A stretch of DNA of 64,000 bases from an uncultured Gammaproteobacteria bacterium (GTDB lineage Bacteria; Pseudomonadota; Gammaproteobacteria; GCA-001735895). The DNA is taken from NCBI GenBank assembly GCA_964196225.1, contig CAXMSP010000016.1:15036-79035 (forward strand). Direction: 5' to 3'. This document shows positions 35,115-43,896 of the stretch, one piece after another. Numbering within the stretch: the first letter of the stretch is position 1; each line of letters starts with the position of its first letter. Below the pieces are notes generated by a model, which had not been told where the DNA came from, did no database searches, and was given only the letters and a program-made list of their open reading frames with translations. The translations under genes and the position numbers were made by a program.

Positions 35115-36010
35115 GTGGTCAGACCCCGCAACGCAGCACAGTATGCATGGAAGCAGTGAGGTTCGAGCCCAGGACTGCCGAAGGTGATGAAATCGATATC
35201 GAAATTGGAAAAATTCTGCAGGTACATCGCCATCTTTTCGGTCGCATTAAGCTGTGGAAATACGCGTAAACTGGTAACCGCACCGATACCGTAAAAACTC
35301 TCGAAATAATCCACTGAACGCTGTATCTCGAGCAGCAATGCATTGAAGGTGCTTTCATCTTCACTGGAAGCCAGCTCAAGCTGATCAATACCGATCGGGA
35401 ATTCGCGCGATACGTAGAGATCAGTGTTGTGATAGACGCTCAGCAAGCCATTGCCGGCGGTCAGTGTCAGCAGCGCCAGGCTTTGCTCCGCACTATGTTG
35501 CACGACCTCGAGGTTAGAACGGACCAGTTCGTGAACATCGAGTGTATTCAGCTCCAGGGCCGTAGCCTTGATACTCTCAACGTAGCTGCTTATGACGGCT
35601 TCACGGGCTGCGACCACTCCCACCTGTTGCTTTTTGTGCTTGTTTGAAACCGGCATCGGATAACTATCGACCACCGCATTGGTAACGTCATAGTTGATCA
35701 TGTCCTTTATTTTCCAGGTCACCGCCTGAATCATCTCGGAATCTTCGACTTCGGGCCTCTCGACCTGATAAATATCACAGTCGTCGTTTGCAACCAGGCA
35801 ATTACAGGGGGTCCTCTGCAGGTTATTTTCGCGCACCCAGTCCTTCAAAGCCTCGACCTGGGCCTCCTGCCCGGCAGCTGCGACGAATTCGCTGCGAATA
35901 ATGTCACCCGGACTATTCTGTCCGGTCCGCACCTGCGCTACGGCGACTCCATCGTGCTGAAATTCGACTCCGATCTGAGACTCTTTTTTCGATCTGGAAA
36001 ACAGACCCAC
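35111..36010 (-). CDS. PilM-like cytoplasmic actin-fold protein (first half of MshI)
   Basis: 299 aa with a GTG start preceded by GGAG at 6 nt. It has no TM and is the first gene of the I-J-K order. The assignment rests on position and on general PilM-like features (GVEFQHDGVAVAQV). Confidence 0.6.
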   Translation of the reverse strand: MGLFSRSKKESQIGVEFQHDGVAVAQVRTGQNSPGDIIRSEFVAAAGQEAQVEALKDWVRENNLQRTPCNCLVANDDCDIYQVERPEVEDSEMIQAVTWKIKDMINYDVTNAVVDSYPMPVSNKHKKQQVGVVAAREAVISSYVESIKATALELNTLDVHELVRSNLEVVQHSAEQSLALLTLTAGNGLLSVYHNTDLYVSREFPIGIDQLELASSEDESTFNALLLEIQRSVDYFESFYGIGAVTSLRVFPQLNATEKMAMYLQNFSNFDIDFITFGSPGLEPHCFHAYCAALRGLTT

Positions 36011-36088
36011 GCTTTACTCCGAATGATTTACCAATAAGCTTCAGGACTACCAGGCAAGCCGCACGGGCAGCGTCTCTTCGCAAACAAA

Positions 36089-36116
36089 CACCTTTCGATG
36101 CAAAGCACGAAAGGTG
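36089..36116 (-). other. 9-bp stem / 10-nt loop hairpin in the leader upstream of the pilM-like gene
   Basis: CACCTTTCG-N10-CGAAAGGTG. On the minus strand it is followed by TTTGTTTG. Confidence 0.3.
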
Positions 36117-36244
36117 TAGACTCCATTCTGATCGAAATTTATCCTAGAGTTTGCTTAAGATAATTACGATAACTTATTGTCATTACTAGGAATATTAACC
36201 CAAGATTGGGGTATTTCAAGTTATTAACTAAAATAAATCCCGAT

Positions 36245-36703
36245 ATGATGCACATTGTCCTTTTCGAACCTGAAATCCCGCCAAATACCGGTAATATCAT
36301 GCGCCTGACAGCAAATACTGGATTCCAGTTACATTTGATTGAGCCACTGGGATTTGAACTTGACGATAAACAATTGAGGCGCGCAGGCCTCGACTATCGC
36401 GAATGGGCCGACACGAGCCGCTATAGCAGCTACCAGGAATTCATAAACACCTTTAAATTCAATAACCTATATGCATTTAGTACCAAGGCGAGCAAAACCT
36501 ATAGCGAGGCATCATTCAACCCAGAAGATGCACTATTATTTGGCCCCGAAAGTCGTGGTCTGCCAACGGAAATTCTAGCGTCACTGAGTAGTGACCAAAA
36601 ATTGCGCATCCCGATGACGACGAACTCGCGCAGTTTGAACCTGTCAAATGCGGTCGCGATCGCCGTCTACGAAGCCTGGAGGCAACAGGGGTTCAAGCGA
36701 TAG
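36245..36703 (+). CDS. trmL: tRNA (cytidine/uridine-2'-O)-methyltransferase TrmL
   Basis: [26 protein letters not shown]...[17 protein letters not shown] is SpoU/TrmL (YibK) over its full length. Confidence 0.9.
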   Translation: MMHIVLFEPEIPPNTGNIMRLTANTGFQLHLIEPLGFELDDKQLRRAGLDYREWADTSRYSSYQEFINTFKFNNLYAFSTKASKTYSEASFNPEDALLFGPESRGLPTEILASLSSDQKLRIPMTTNSRSLNLSNAVAIAVYEAWRQQGFKR

Positions 36704-36709
36704 ATCAGT

Positions 36710-37702
36710 TTACTCGCGGCCCTGGGGGCGGTTTTCGAGGTCGCGCACCGCATCGTGGGGATCTTTGCCTTCATAAAGTACGCGGTAGACTTCCTGAATA
36801 ATCGGCAAGTCGAGGCCTAGCTGCTGCGCCTTGTTATAGATCGCTTTTGCCGCGCGCAGCCCTTCAACGGTTTGACCGACTTCGATCTCGGCCTGCGACA
36901 CCGCTTTGCCCTTACCCAACGCCAAACCGAAGCGTCGATTGCGGCTCTGGTCATCGGTACAGGTGAGGATAATATCGCCGAGCCCGGCCAATCCCATCAT
37001 GGTCTCCTGGTGGGCGCCGAGCCGGGTTCCAAGACGCATGATTTCCGAGAGCCCACGCGTCATCAGGGCAGCACGCGTATTGGCACCAAACCCCAGCCCG
37101 TCGGCAACCCCGACCGCTATCGCGAGCACGTTCTTCAACGCCCCGCCAAGCTCGACGCCAACGATATCCTCGCTCGTATAAGCACGAAAATGGTGGCCTC
37201 GAAGGCGCTCGGCAAAAGCCGCCGTGGTCTGCGCATCATTACCGGCGCAGGCGATTGCCGCTGGCAGCCCCCGTGCTACCTCGGTGGCGAAGGTCGGGCC
37301 CGAGATTACGCCATAGCGATGCTGCGGTAGTTCCTGATCGATGACTTCATGCAAAAGCATGCCGGTTTCAATCTCAAACCCTTTACTGGCCCAGAACAGG
37401 GCCTGGTCTTCACTTATCAATGGTTTTATTTCTTTCAGCAAGCTACGAAATCCCTTGCTCGGGATTGCAATCAGCAGAAAAGGGGCATTCGTAACAGCGA
37501 GTTCGAGCTTTGCAACCGGATCTATATTGTCAGAAAGCCTGAAGCCGGGGAGATAGTCCGTATTTTCGCGCAGCGCCTGCAGACGTTCGATATGAGCGGG
37601 CTCGTGACCCCAGAGCCTGACCTGCAATGCGTTGCGTGCTAATTGAATCGCAAGCGCAGTCCCCCAGGATCCTGCACCCAGCACGGCAACGTTTTCAGTC
37701 AT
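36710..37702 (-). CDS. gpsA: NAD(P)H-dependent glycerol-3-phosphate dehydrogenase
   Basis: It has VAVLGAGSWGTALA and the GALKNVLAIAVG motifs. It is downstream of secB, as in enterobacteria. Confidence 0.95.
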   Translation of the reverse strand: MTENVAVLGAGSWGTALAIQLARNALQVRLWGHEPAHIERLQALRENTDYLPGFRLSDNIDPVAKLELAVTNAPFLLIAIPSKGFRSLLKEIKPLISEDQALFWASKGFEIETGMLLHEVIDQELPQHRYGVISGPTFATEVARGLPAAIACAGNDAQTTAAFAERLRGHHFRAYTSEDIVGVELGGALKNVLAIAVGVADGLGFGANTRAALMTRGLSEIMRLGTRLGAHQETMMGLAGLGDIILTCTDDQSRNRRFGLALGKGKAVSQAEIEVGQTVEGLRAAKAIYNKAQQLGLDLPIIQEVYRVLYEGKDPHDAVRDLENRPQGRE

Positions 37703-37707
37703 CGGGC

Positions 37708-38178
37708 CTAATGCGGCGCGTCGGTTTCGGCCTGCGGTGCCTGCTTTTGCTGCAGGTGCTGCTGATACAGCGCATCAAAGTTAACCGGGGACATCGTGAG
37801 TGGAGGAAAGCCTCCGCGTATCGATAAATCCGAAACAGCCTCACGAGCGTAGGGAAACAGGATTGTCATACACTGGCTGCCGAGCAGAAAGTTTTTTTGC
37901 TCATCGTCAAATCCAGCAATTTCGAACAAGCCAGCCTGGTGAACCTCGACCAGGAACGCGGTAGTTTCCTCATGCGATACGGTAATGGTAACGCTTAGCA
38001 CGACTTCGTAAACGTCACCATCGATATGCTTCTGATCGTTAGTCAGATTCATTTCTATTTTCGGATTCCATTTTTTAAAGCTGAACGACTGTGGAGATGT
38101 CGGGGATTCAAAGGATGCATCCTTGACGTAGAGTTTCTGGATGCCGAACTGCTTTTTGGGTTCTGATGTTTCGTTCAT
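37708..38178 (-). CDS. secB: Protein export chaperone SecB
   Basis: 156 aa with FGIQKLYVKDASFESP..., FLLGSQCMTILFPYAREAVSDL and an acidic C-terminus. Confidence 0.95.
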   Translation of the reverse strand: MNETSEPKKQFGIQKLYVKDASFESPTSPQSFSFKKWNPKIEMNLTNDQKHIDGDVYEVVLSVTITVSHEETTAFLVEVHQAGLFEIAGFDDEQKNFLLGSQCMTILFPYAREAVSDLSIRGGFPPLTMSPVNFDALYQQHLQQKQAPQAETDAPH

Positions 38179-38181
38179 ATG

Positions 38182-38610
38182 TTATTTTTTACTCACTGGT
38201 AAGTGGGCATCCTGCCAGGCCAACAAACCGCCATTCAAGCTGTAAACCTTGTCAAATCCATTCTTGCCAAGTTCCTTGCAGGCGATACCGGCACGTGCAC
38301 CCGATTTACAATAAACCAGCAGGGTCTTGTTTTTAAATTTCTCCAGTTCATCGACGCGTTTTGCTACTGCGCCAACCGGAATCTGGATCGCCTTGGCGAT
38401 TTTTCCGCCGACTGTTTCCGAGGGTTCGCGTACATCAAGCACGACGACATCCTCTTTATTCATCAATTGTACCGCAGCGGCCGGGGTAAGGCTCGCAAAG
38501 CGCTGGGTTGCTATTTTCATTTCATTGAAAAAAACCAGCGCCAGCAATACAACAAAGGCCATCACCAGATACGGGTGATTCACCGCAAATTCAGAAATTT
38601 GAGTTAACAT
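38182..38610 (-). CDS. Membrane-anchored rhodanese-domain protein (YibN-like)
   Basis: It has an N-terminal TM and a rhodanese active-site loop, VYCKSGARAG. Confidence 0.85.
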   Translation of the reverse strand: MLTQISEFAVNHPYLVMAFVVLLALVFFNEMKIATQRFASLTPAAAVQLMNKEDVVVLDVREPSETVGGKIAKAIQIPVGAVAKRVDELEKFKNKTLLVYCKSGARAGIACKELGKNGFDKVYSLNGGLLAWQDAHLPVSKK

Positions 38611-38645
38611 AAAAACAGGAAAAACGAGCCGTTAAAGATAAATAT

Positions 38646-38978
38646 TCAGTCGGCGGTGCAAAACACTTCCTGCATCATTCCAATGAGTCGCAGCGTGCGT
38701 TCATCACCGACACGGTAAAAAACCTTGTTCGCATCCTTGCGCGACGACAGTATACCTTTATCCCGTAAAATGGCGAGATGTTGCGAAATATTACTTTGCG
38801 AAGTTCCGACATTTTCGACGATTCCCTGCACACAGACTTCACGATTACCAAGCGTACACAGGATTTTCAGCCGCAACGGGTGCGACATGGCCTTGAGCGA
38901 GCGCGAAGCAATTTCAATGTCAGCGGCGCGCGCGAGTAGCTGTTCGCCATCAATTGCCGCCAGGGATTCAGTTTTCAT
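38646..38978 (-). CDS. ArsR/SmtB-family transcriptional regulator
   Basis: 110 aa from the ATG at 38978. MSHPLRLKILCTL....VCVQGIVENVGTSQSNISQHLAILRDKGIL is a winged HTH. Confidence 0.85.
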   Translation of the reverse strand: MKTESLAAIDGEQLLARAADIEIASRSLKAMSHPLRLKILCTLGNREVCVQGIVENVGTSQSNISQHLAILRDKGILSSRKDANKVFYRVGDERTLRLIGMMQEVFCTAD

Positions 38979-39039
38979 TTGCTTAAGCGTATTACCAAAC
39001 GTTAATATTAGAAAATGATTATGAATAAACATCGAGCCA

Positions 39040-40218
39040 ATGTCTAGATCGCTGCTGGGTAAACTGTTATTGCCGCTACTGCTTGCGTTCCTGGTGTTTA
39101 ACACGGTATCGATGGCGGACGATAAGTCAGCCCGGGAAAAGCAGCTCAAAACCCTGCTGCGAAAAATTGATAAGCTAAAACAGTCCATCGATGTCAAGGA
39201 AGACAACAAGTCGAGCTATACCAAACAACTTAAATCGGTTGAGCGCAAGATTGGCAAGGTCAATCAGCAGATCAGGGCGACGGATAAAAAAATCACTGCT
39301 AAAAAGTCTGAACTCAAAGCATTGCGGGCTACGCGTTTGAAGCATCAACGACAGCTTAGCCAGGAGAATGATTACCTCGCTGAACAGGTATACGCGGCGT
39401 TTACCCTCGGTCGTCAGGAAAGGGCCAAGCTATTGTTTTCTCAACAGAATCCGCAAGCCTTACAACGCAACCTGGTTTATTACCAGTATTTTTCGAATGC
39501 TCGTGTCGCTTTAATCAATGAGGTGCAGCGAAACATCGACAAGATCATCGCCACGGAAGAACTGATTCGTCAGGCACAACTCGACCTGGAGCAGAATCAA
39601 AAGTCACTGGGGGCACAGAAAAAGGAGCTGAAAGTAGATCTCGGTAACCGCAAAACGATCGTTAGTTCGCTCGACAAAGAATTAAAGCAGCAGGGCGGGA
39701 GCCTTTCCATGCTTCAGGATGAGGCCACGCAATTACAAAACCTGATCAAATCGATCGAGGAAATATTTATCGATGCCCCTGAATCGGAAATTTCACAAAA
39801 GGCCTTCGCGGAGTTGAAAGGTAAACTCGCCTGGCCCGTCAAGGGCAAGGTTAAAAAACTTTTTGGTCGGAACAAACCACAATCGGAACTGCGCTGGCAG
39901 GGCATCGTGATTGAGGCGCCCAATGGCCGTCAGGTAAAGGCGGTATCGCACGGCAGGATTGCTTTCTCCGACTGGCTTCGCGGCCTCGGCAACCTGGTCA
40001 TTATTGACCACGGTAATTCGTATTTATCACTTTATGGTCACAATGAGTCACTCTACAAATCGGCCGGTGAATGGGTTGAAGCCGGCGATGTCATCAGTAC
40101 TATCGGTAATAGTGGCGGACAGAACAAGTCGGGGCTGTATTTCGAGATTCGTAAAAAAGGCAGACCGCAGAATCCCACGGGCTGGTGTAAAGCGAAAAAT
40201 AAGTTTGCCTCGGGTTGA
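39040..40218 (+). CDS. envC: Murein hydrolase activator EnvC (coiled coil plus M23/LytM domain)
   Basis: It has a signal peptide, long coiled coils and a C-terminal LytM domain (IIDHGNSYLSLYGHN, GNSGG). Confidence 0.88.
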   Translation: MSRSLLGKLLLPLLLAFLVFNTVSMADDKSAREKQLKTLLRKIDKLKQSIDVKEDNKSSYTKQLKSVERKIGKVNQQIRATDKKITAKKSELKALRATRLKHQRQLSQENDYLAEQVYAAFTLGRQERAKLLFSQQNPQALQRNLVYYQYFSNARVALINEVQRNIDKIIATEELIRQAQLDLEQNQKSLGAQKKELKVDLGNRKTIVSSLDKELKQQGGSLSMLQDEATQLQNLIKSIEEIFIDAPESEISQKAFAELKGKLAWPVKGKVKKLFGRNKPQSELRWQGIVIEAPNGRQVKAVSHGRIAFSDWLRGLGNLVIIDHGNSYLSLYGHNESLYKSAGEWVEAGDVISTIGNSGGQNKSGLYFEIRKKGRPQNPTGWCKAKNKFASG

Positions 40219-40383
40219 TCCTGATTCGGCTAACAATACGTATAAATCTGAAAATTCCAATATTTTGCCGTAGAATTAGGTTTTACAGGCCCCAACTTTT
40301 GAACTGTTTACAACTTATACGGCCTTATCTGGTCTACAATACTTAATCACGACTACGGCCAGCGCGCCCTATCGGAGAATTGA

Positions 40384-41685
40384 ATGTTACAAAATCTGCG
40401 AACATCCACCTGGTTTTTGAGTGGAACCTTACTGGGGCTGTCACTGGCGGTGGGCCATAGTGTTTACGCGCTCAAGGACAATGATCAAATCCCGTTCGAG
40501 GATTTGCAGGCTTTTACCGAAGTGTTTTCCAAGGTCAAATCGGATTACGTTGAGCCGGTAGACGACCAGAAACTCATTGAAGACGCCATACGCGGCATGC
40601 TCAACGGGCTCGATCCACACTCGGCATTTCTCAATACCAGCGAATTCACTGATTTGAAAATCGGCACTACCGGTCAGTTTGGCGGTCTCGGTATCGAGGT
40701 TGGTATGGAAAATGGTTTCGTCAAGGTTATTTCTCCCATTGACGACACCCCGGCAGCACGCGCCGGTGTCAAGGCCAGCGACCTGATTATCAAACTCGAC
40801 GACAAATCGGTTAAGGGCATGACGCTTAACGAGGCCGTTAAAGTTATGCGCGGCAAGCCCAATACTGCGATCGACCTGACCATCGTGCGCGAAGGCGAAG
40901 CCAAACCACTGGTCATTACAATAACACGCGAAATTATCCGTGTGAAAAGCGTCAAGAATCGCATGCTCGAACCGGGTTATGGCTATGTGCGGATTACCAA
41001 TTTCCAGTCACGTACAACAACTGACTTGCTAAAAGCCATTTCCGACCTGCAAAAAGAAGAGCGCCTCAAGGGAATGGTACTCGACCTGCGTAATAATCCA
41101 GGTGGTGTTCTCAACGGCGCTGTCGGTGTCTCTGATGCCTTTATCGACAACGGACTGATCGTCTACACGGAAGGGCGTCTCGATGATTCCAGCCATCGTT
41201 ACCTGGCGACCCCGGGCGACAGTCTCAACGGCGCACCCCTGGTAGTGCTGGTCAACGGCGGTTCGGCTTCGGCCTCTGAAATCGTGGCTGGCGCAATACA
41301 GGATCACAAACGCGGCATCATCCTGGGCACCAAATCTTTCGGTAAGGGCTCGGTGCAGACCATCCAGGAATTGCGCAATGGTTCGGCGGTCAAACTGACC
41401 ACCGCACGTTACTTCACTCCGAACGGACGCTCGATCCAGGCCAAGGGTATTGAACCTGATATCAAGTTAAGCACCCTGAGATTGTCTGCAGAGGATGAGA
41501 AGGCCCGCGAAACCTATTCCGAGAGCGACCTCGAAGGGCGTTTGAGCAATCCGAACGGTGAAGTTGATGTCGACGACGAAGAAAAAGACGACAGCGAAGC
41601 ACTGGCAGAAACCGACTTTCAGTTATACGAAGCGCTCAACCTGCTGAAAGGCCTGATTATTCTGAACCAAATCAGTAGCGGCTAA
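40384..41685 (+). CDS. ctpA: Carboxy-terminal processing protease (S41, PDZ-containing)
   Basis: It has GGLGIEVG in the PDZ region, DLRNNPGG, GGSASASEIVAGA and the catalytic region TKSFGKGSVQ. Confidence 0.9.
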   Translation: MLQNLRTSTWFLSGTLLGLSLAVGHSVYALKDNDQIPFEDLQAFTEVFSKVKSDYVEPVDDQKLIEDAIRGMLNGLDPHSAFLNTSEFTDLKIGTTGQFGGLGIEVGMENGFVKVISPIDDTPAARAGVKASDLIIKLDDKSVKGMTLNEAVKVMRGKPNTAIDLTIVREGEAKPLVITITREIIRVKSVKNRMLEPGYGYVRITNFQSRTTTDLLKAISDLQKEERLKGMVLDLRNNPGGVLNGAVGVSDAFIDNGLIVYTEGRLDDSSHRYLATPGDSLNGAPLVVLVNGGSASASEIVAGAIQDHKRGIILGTKSFGKGSVQTIQELRNGSAVKLTTARYFTPNGRSIQAKGIEPDIKLSTLRLSAEDEKARETYSESDLEGRLSNPNGEVDVDDEEKDDSEALAETDFQLYEALNLLKGLIILNQISSG

Positions 41686-41693
41686 ACCACGCA

Positions 41694-42485
41694 ATGCCTC
41701 GAGCCTGGCTGATTCTGTTTCTCGCCTTTGCCACCGGGGCACAGGCTGATCAACGCCCGGTTTTGTCGCTGGTGATCGATGACCTCGGCTACTCGATGGA
41801 AAATGGCAGGGCTGCTATCGATCTCGATGGAGATCATACCTACGCCATACTGCCCGGTGCGGTTTATAGCCAGAAACTGGCCCACCATGCGCACAACCTG
41901 AACAAGGAGGTCATCCTGCATTTACCGATGCAATCGATCCATTCAAAGGCCGCGCATGAAGCCAATGCCCTCAACGAGGCGATGGATGAGGACGAGTTAA
42001 CCGCCAACGTGCATTCGTTACTGGCACAAATTCCGTTCATCCGCGGCGTCAATAATCACATGGGCAGCCACCTGACCGCGTTCGATTTTTTCATGCGCCC
42101 GGTGATGGACAGCATTCGCGGCTATAACTCTCGCCTGTATTTTCTCGACAGCCGCACTTCGCCCCGCAGTGTCGCTTACGCCCAGGCGCTTGATGCCGGC
42201 CTGAATTCGATTACGCGCGATGTCTTCCTCGACAATGAGCCCAATCCGGAGTCGATCCGACTACAGTATAATATCTGGCTAACCCGGGCGCGTGAACGTG
42301 GTTCGGCGATCGCGATCGGCCATCCCTATTCGCATACGATTGACGTTTTACGCCAGCACCTGCCTGAAGCAGACCGGGAATTCGAGTTTATGCGGGTATC
42401 AAGGTTAATCGAGGAGCGCAAGGTCCGGGGGTATTCCGCAGGTTGGCGTGACCAACTCTCCAGGCTGGAATCCATCAACCAGTAA
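41694..42485 (+). CDS. yibQ: Divergent polysaccharide deacetylase family protein YibQ
   Basis: It has LSLVIDDLGY, ILPG and NHMGS motifs. The envC-ctp-yibQ synteny supports the call. Confidence 0.85.
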   Translation: MPRAWLILFLAFATGAQADQRPVLSLVIDDLGYSMENGRAAIDLDGDHTYAILPGAVYSQKLAHHAHNLNKEVILHLPMQSIHSKAAHEANALNEAMDEDELTANVHSLLAQIPFIRGVNNHMGSHLTAFDFFMRPVMDSIRGYNSRLYFLDSRTSPRSVAYAQALDAGLNSITRDVFLDNEPNPESIRLQYNIWLTRARERGSAIAIGHPYSHTIDVLRQHLPEADREFEFMRVSRLIEERKVRGYSAGWRDQLSRLESINQ

Positions 42486-43877
42486 CTACAGCGGCGGCGG
42501 CTGAAAACCACCCATAAGTTTTTCGATTTCCTGCGCCAGCGCCAGTGCGATATCCTCGCGCCAGGGCGCGGCAACCAACTGCACGCCAACCGGCAAACCC
42601 TCGGCACTCGTTCCGGCACGCACCGACACCCCCGGCCAGCCAAGCAGGTTATGAATCTGGACATACCCCCATTCGTCGAAACTGTCACCGTGTGATGCCT
42701 GGTGAGGCCGGGCAATGGCAAAGGAGGTCGGGCACAGGATCGCGTCATAGTCGGCAAAAAATCCCAGCGCACGGCTGCGCGCCTCGTCGACCGCTTCGAG
42801 CAACGCCGGATCAACACGATTGGCATTGGCGATGCCTTCCTCGGTCAGGTAGCCATCAAGTTCACGACCATGTTCACGGGTATCATAGCGTTCCAGCAGG
42901 CGCTGAATAAAACCGGCATTTGTGGCTTCTCGCAGCTGCGTGGTGAGGTTTACCAGGTGGCGGGTTTCGGGCAGTAATTGTGCTTTGAGATTTAAACCTT
43001 GCTGTTGAAGCGCCTGCGCGGTCTCGGCGACCACCCGCTGAATGTCGTCGTGCGGCGACACAATACCATTGTCGGTATACCAGGCGATACGTAATGCCGA
43101 CAGATCAACATCTTGTGGGTTACGCATGGCTACCGGCACCACCGCGGGATCCCGCCCGTCGGGGCCACAGATTAGCGGCAGTGACAAGGCAAGATCCTCA
43201 ACATAGCGCGCCATGGGCCCTATCTGGGTTAACGAATCCAGGACTCCACCACCGTAAGGCACGATGTGTCCAGTGCGAGGTGTGCGCCCGGAGGTCGGCT
43301 TGATTCCGGTAATACCGCAAAGGTGCGCCGGTTCGCGAATACTGCCGCCGGTATCTGATCCCAATTCCAGCGCCGAGCCACCGCAGGCGATAACAGCAGC
43401 CGAACCGCCGCTACTGCCCCCCGGACTGCGCTCAAGATCATATGGATTATTGGTTCTTCCATAGATCAGGTTATTGGTTTCACCGCTAAAGGTAAGCTCG
43501 GGTGTATTGGTTTTGCCGAGCAATACCGCGCCCGCGTCACGTAGCCGCGCGACCACCGGTGCGTCTTGAGATGGGATAAACCCCTTACGTCCCATGGTGC
43601 CACCCGTCGAGATAATACCCTCGGTATCGAGTGAATCCTTGATCGTGATCGGCACACCGTGCAAAGGTCCTTTGAATTGGCCGCGGGCGGTTTGCCGGTC
43701 GAGTTCATCCGCTTCGTTGCGCGCTCGCTCGCCCACGAGCTGCACCACCGCGTTTATTTTGGGATTGACCTGTTCGATGCGCTCGAGACAGGCATCGACA
43801 ATGTCACGCGAAGACAGCTTACCCGCACGAATTTCGCGTGCGATTCTGCAGGCAGACCAGTAAATAGCATCGGACAT
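42486..43877 (-). CDS. Amidase-signature family amidase
   Basis: It has GGSSGGSAAVIA and the Ser-cisSer-Lys signature region. I chose the ATG at 43877 (MSDAIYWSA..), which avoids overlap with the upstream gene. Confidence 0.88.
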   Translation of the reverse strand: MSDAIYWSACRIAREIRAGKLSSRDIVDACLERIEQVNPKINAVVQLVGERARNEADELDRQTARGQFKGPLHGVPITIKDSLDTEGIISTGGTMGRKGFIPSQDAPVVARLRDAGAVLLGKTNTPELTFSGETNNLIYGRTNNPYDLERSPGGSSGGSAAVIACGGSALELGSDTGGSIREPAHLCGITGIKPTSGRTPRTGHIVPYGGGVLDSLTQIGPMARYVEDLALSLPLICGPDGRDPAVVPVAMRNPQDVDLSALRIAWYTDNGIVSPHDDIQRVVAETAQALQQQGLNLKAQLLPETRHLVNLTTQLREATNAGFIQRLLERYDTREHGRELDGYLTEEGIANANRVDPALLEAVDEARSRALGFFADYDAILCPTSFAIARPHQASHGDSFDEWGYVQIHNLLGWPGVSVRAGTSAEGLPVGVQLVAAPWREDIALALAQEIEKLMGGFQPPPL

Positions 43878-43896
43878 GACGCTGATTATCGGTGTC

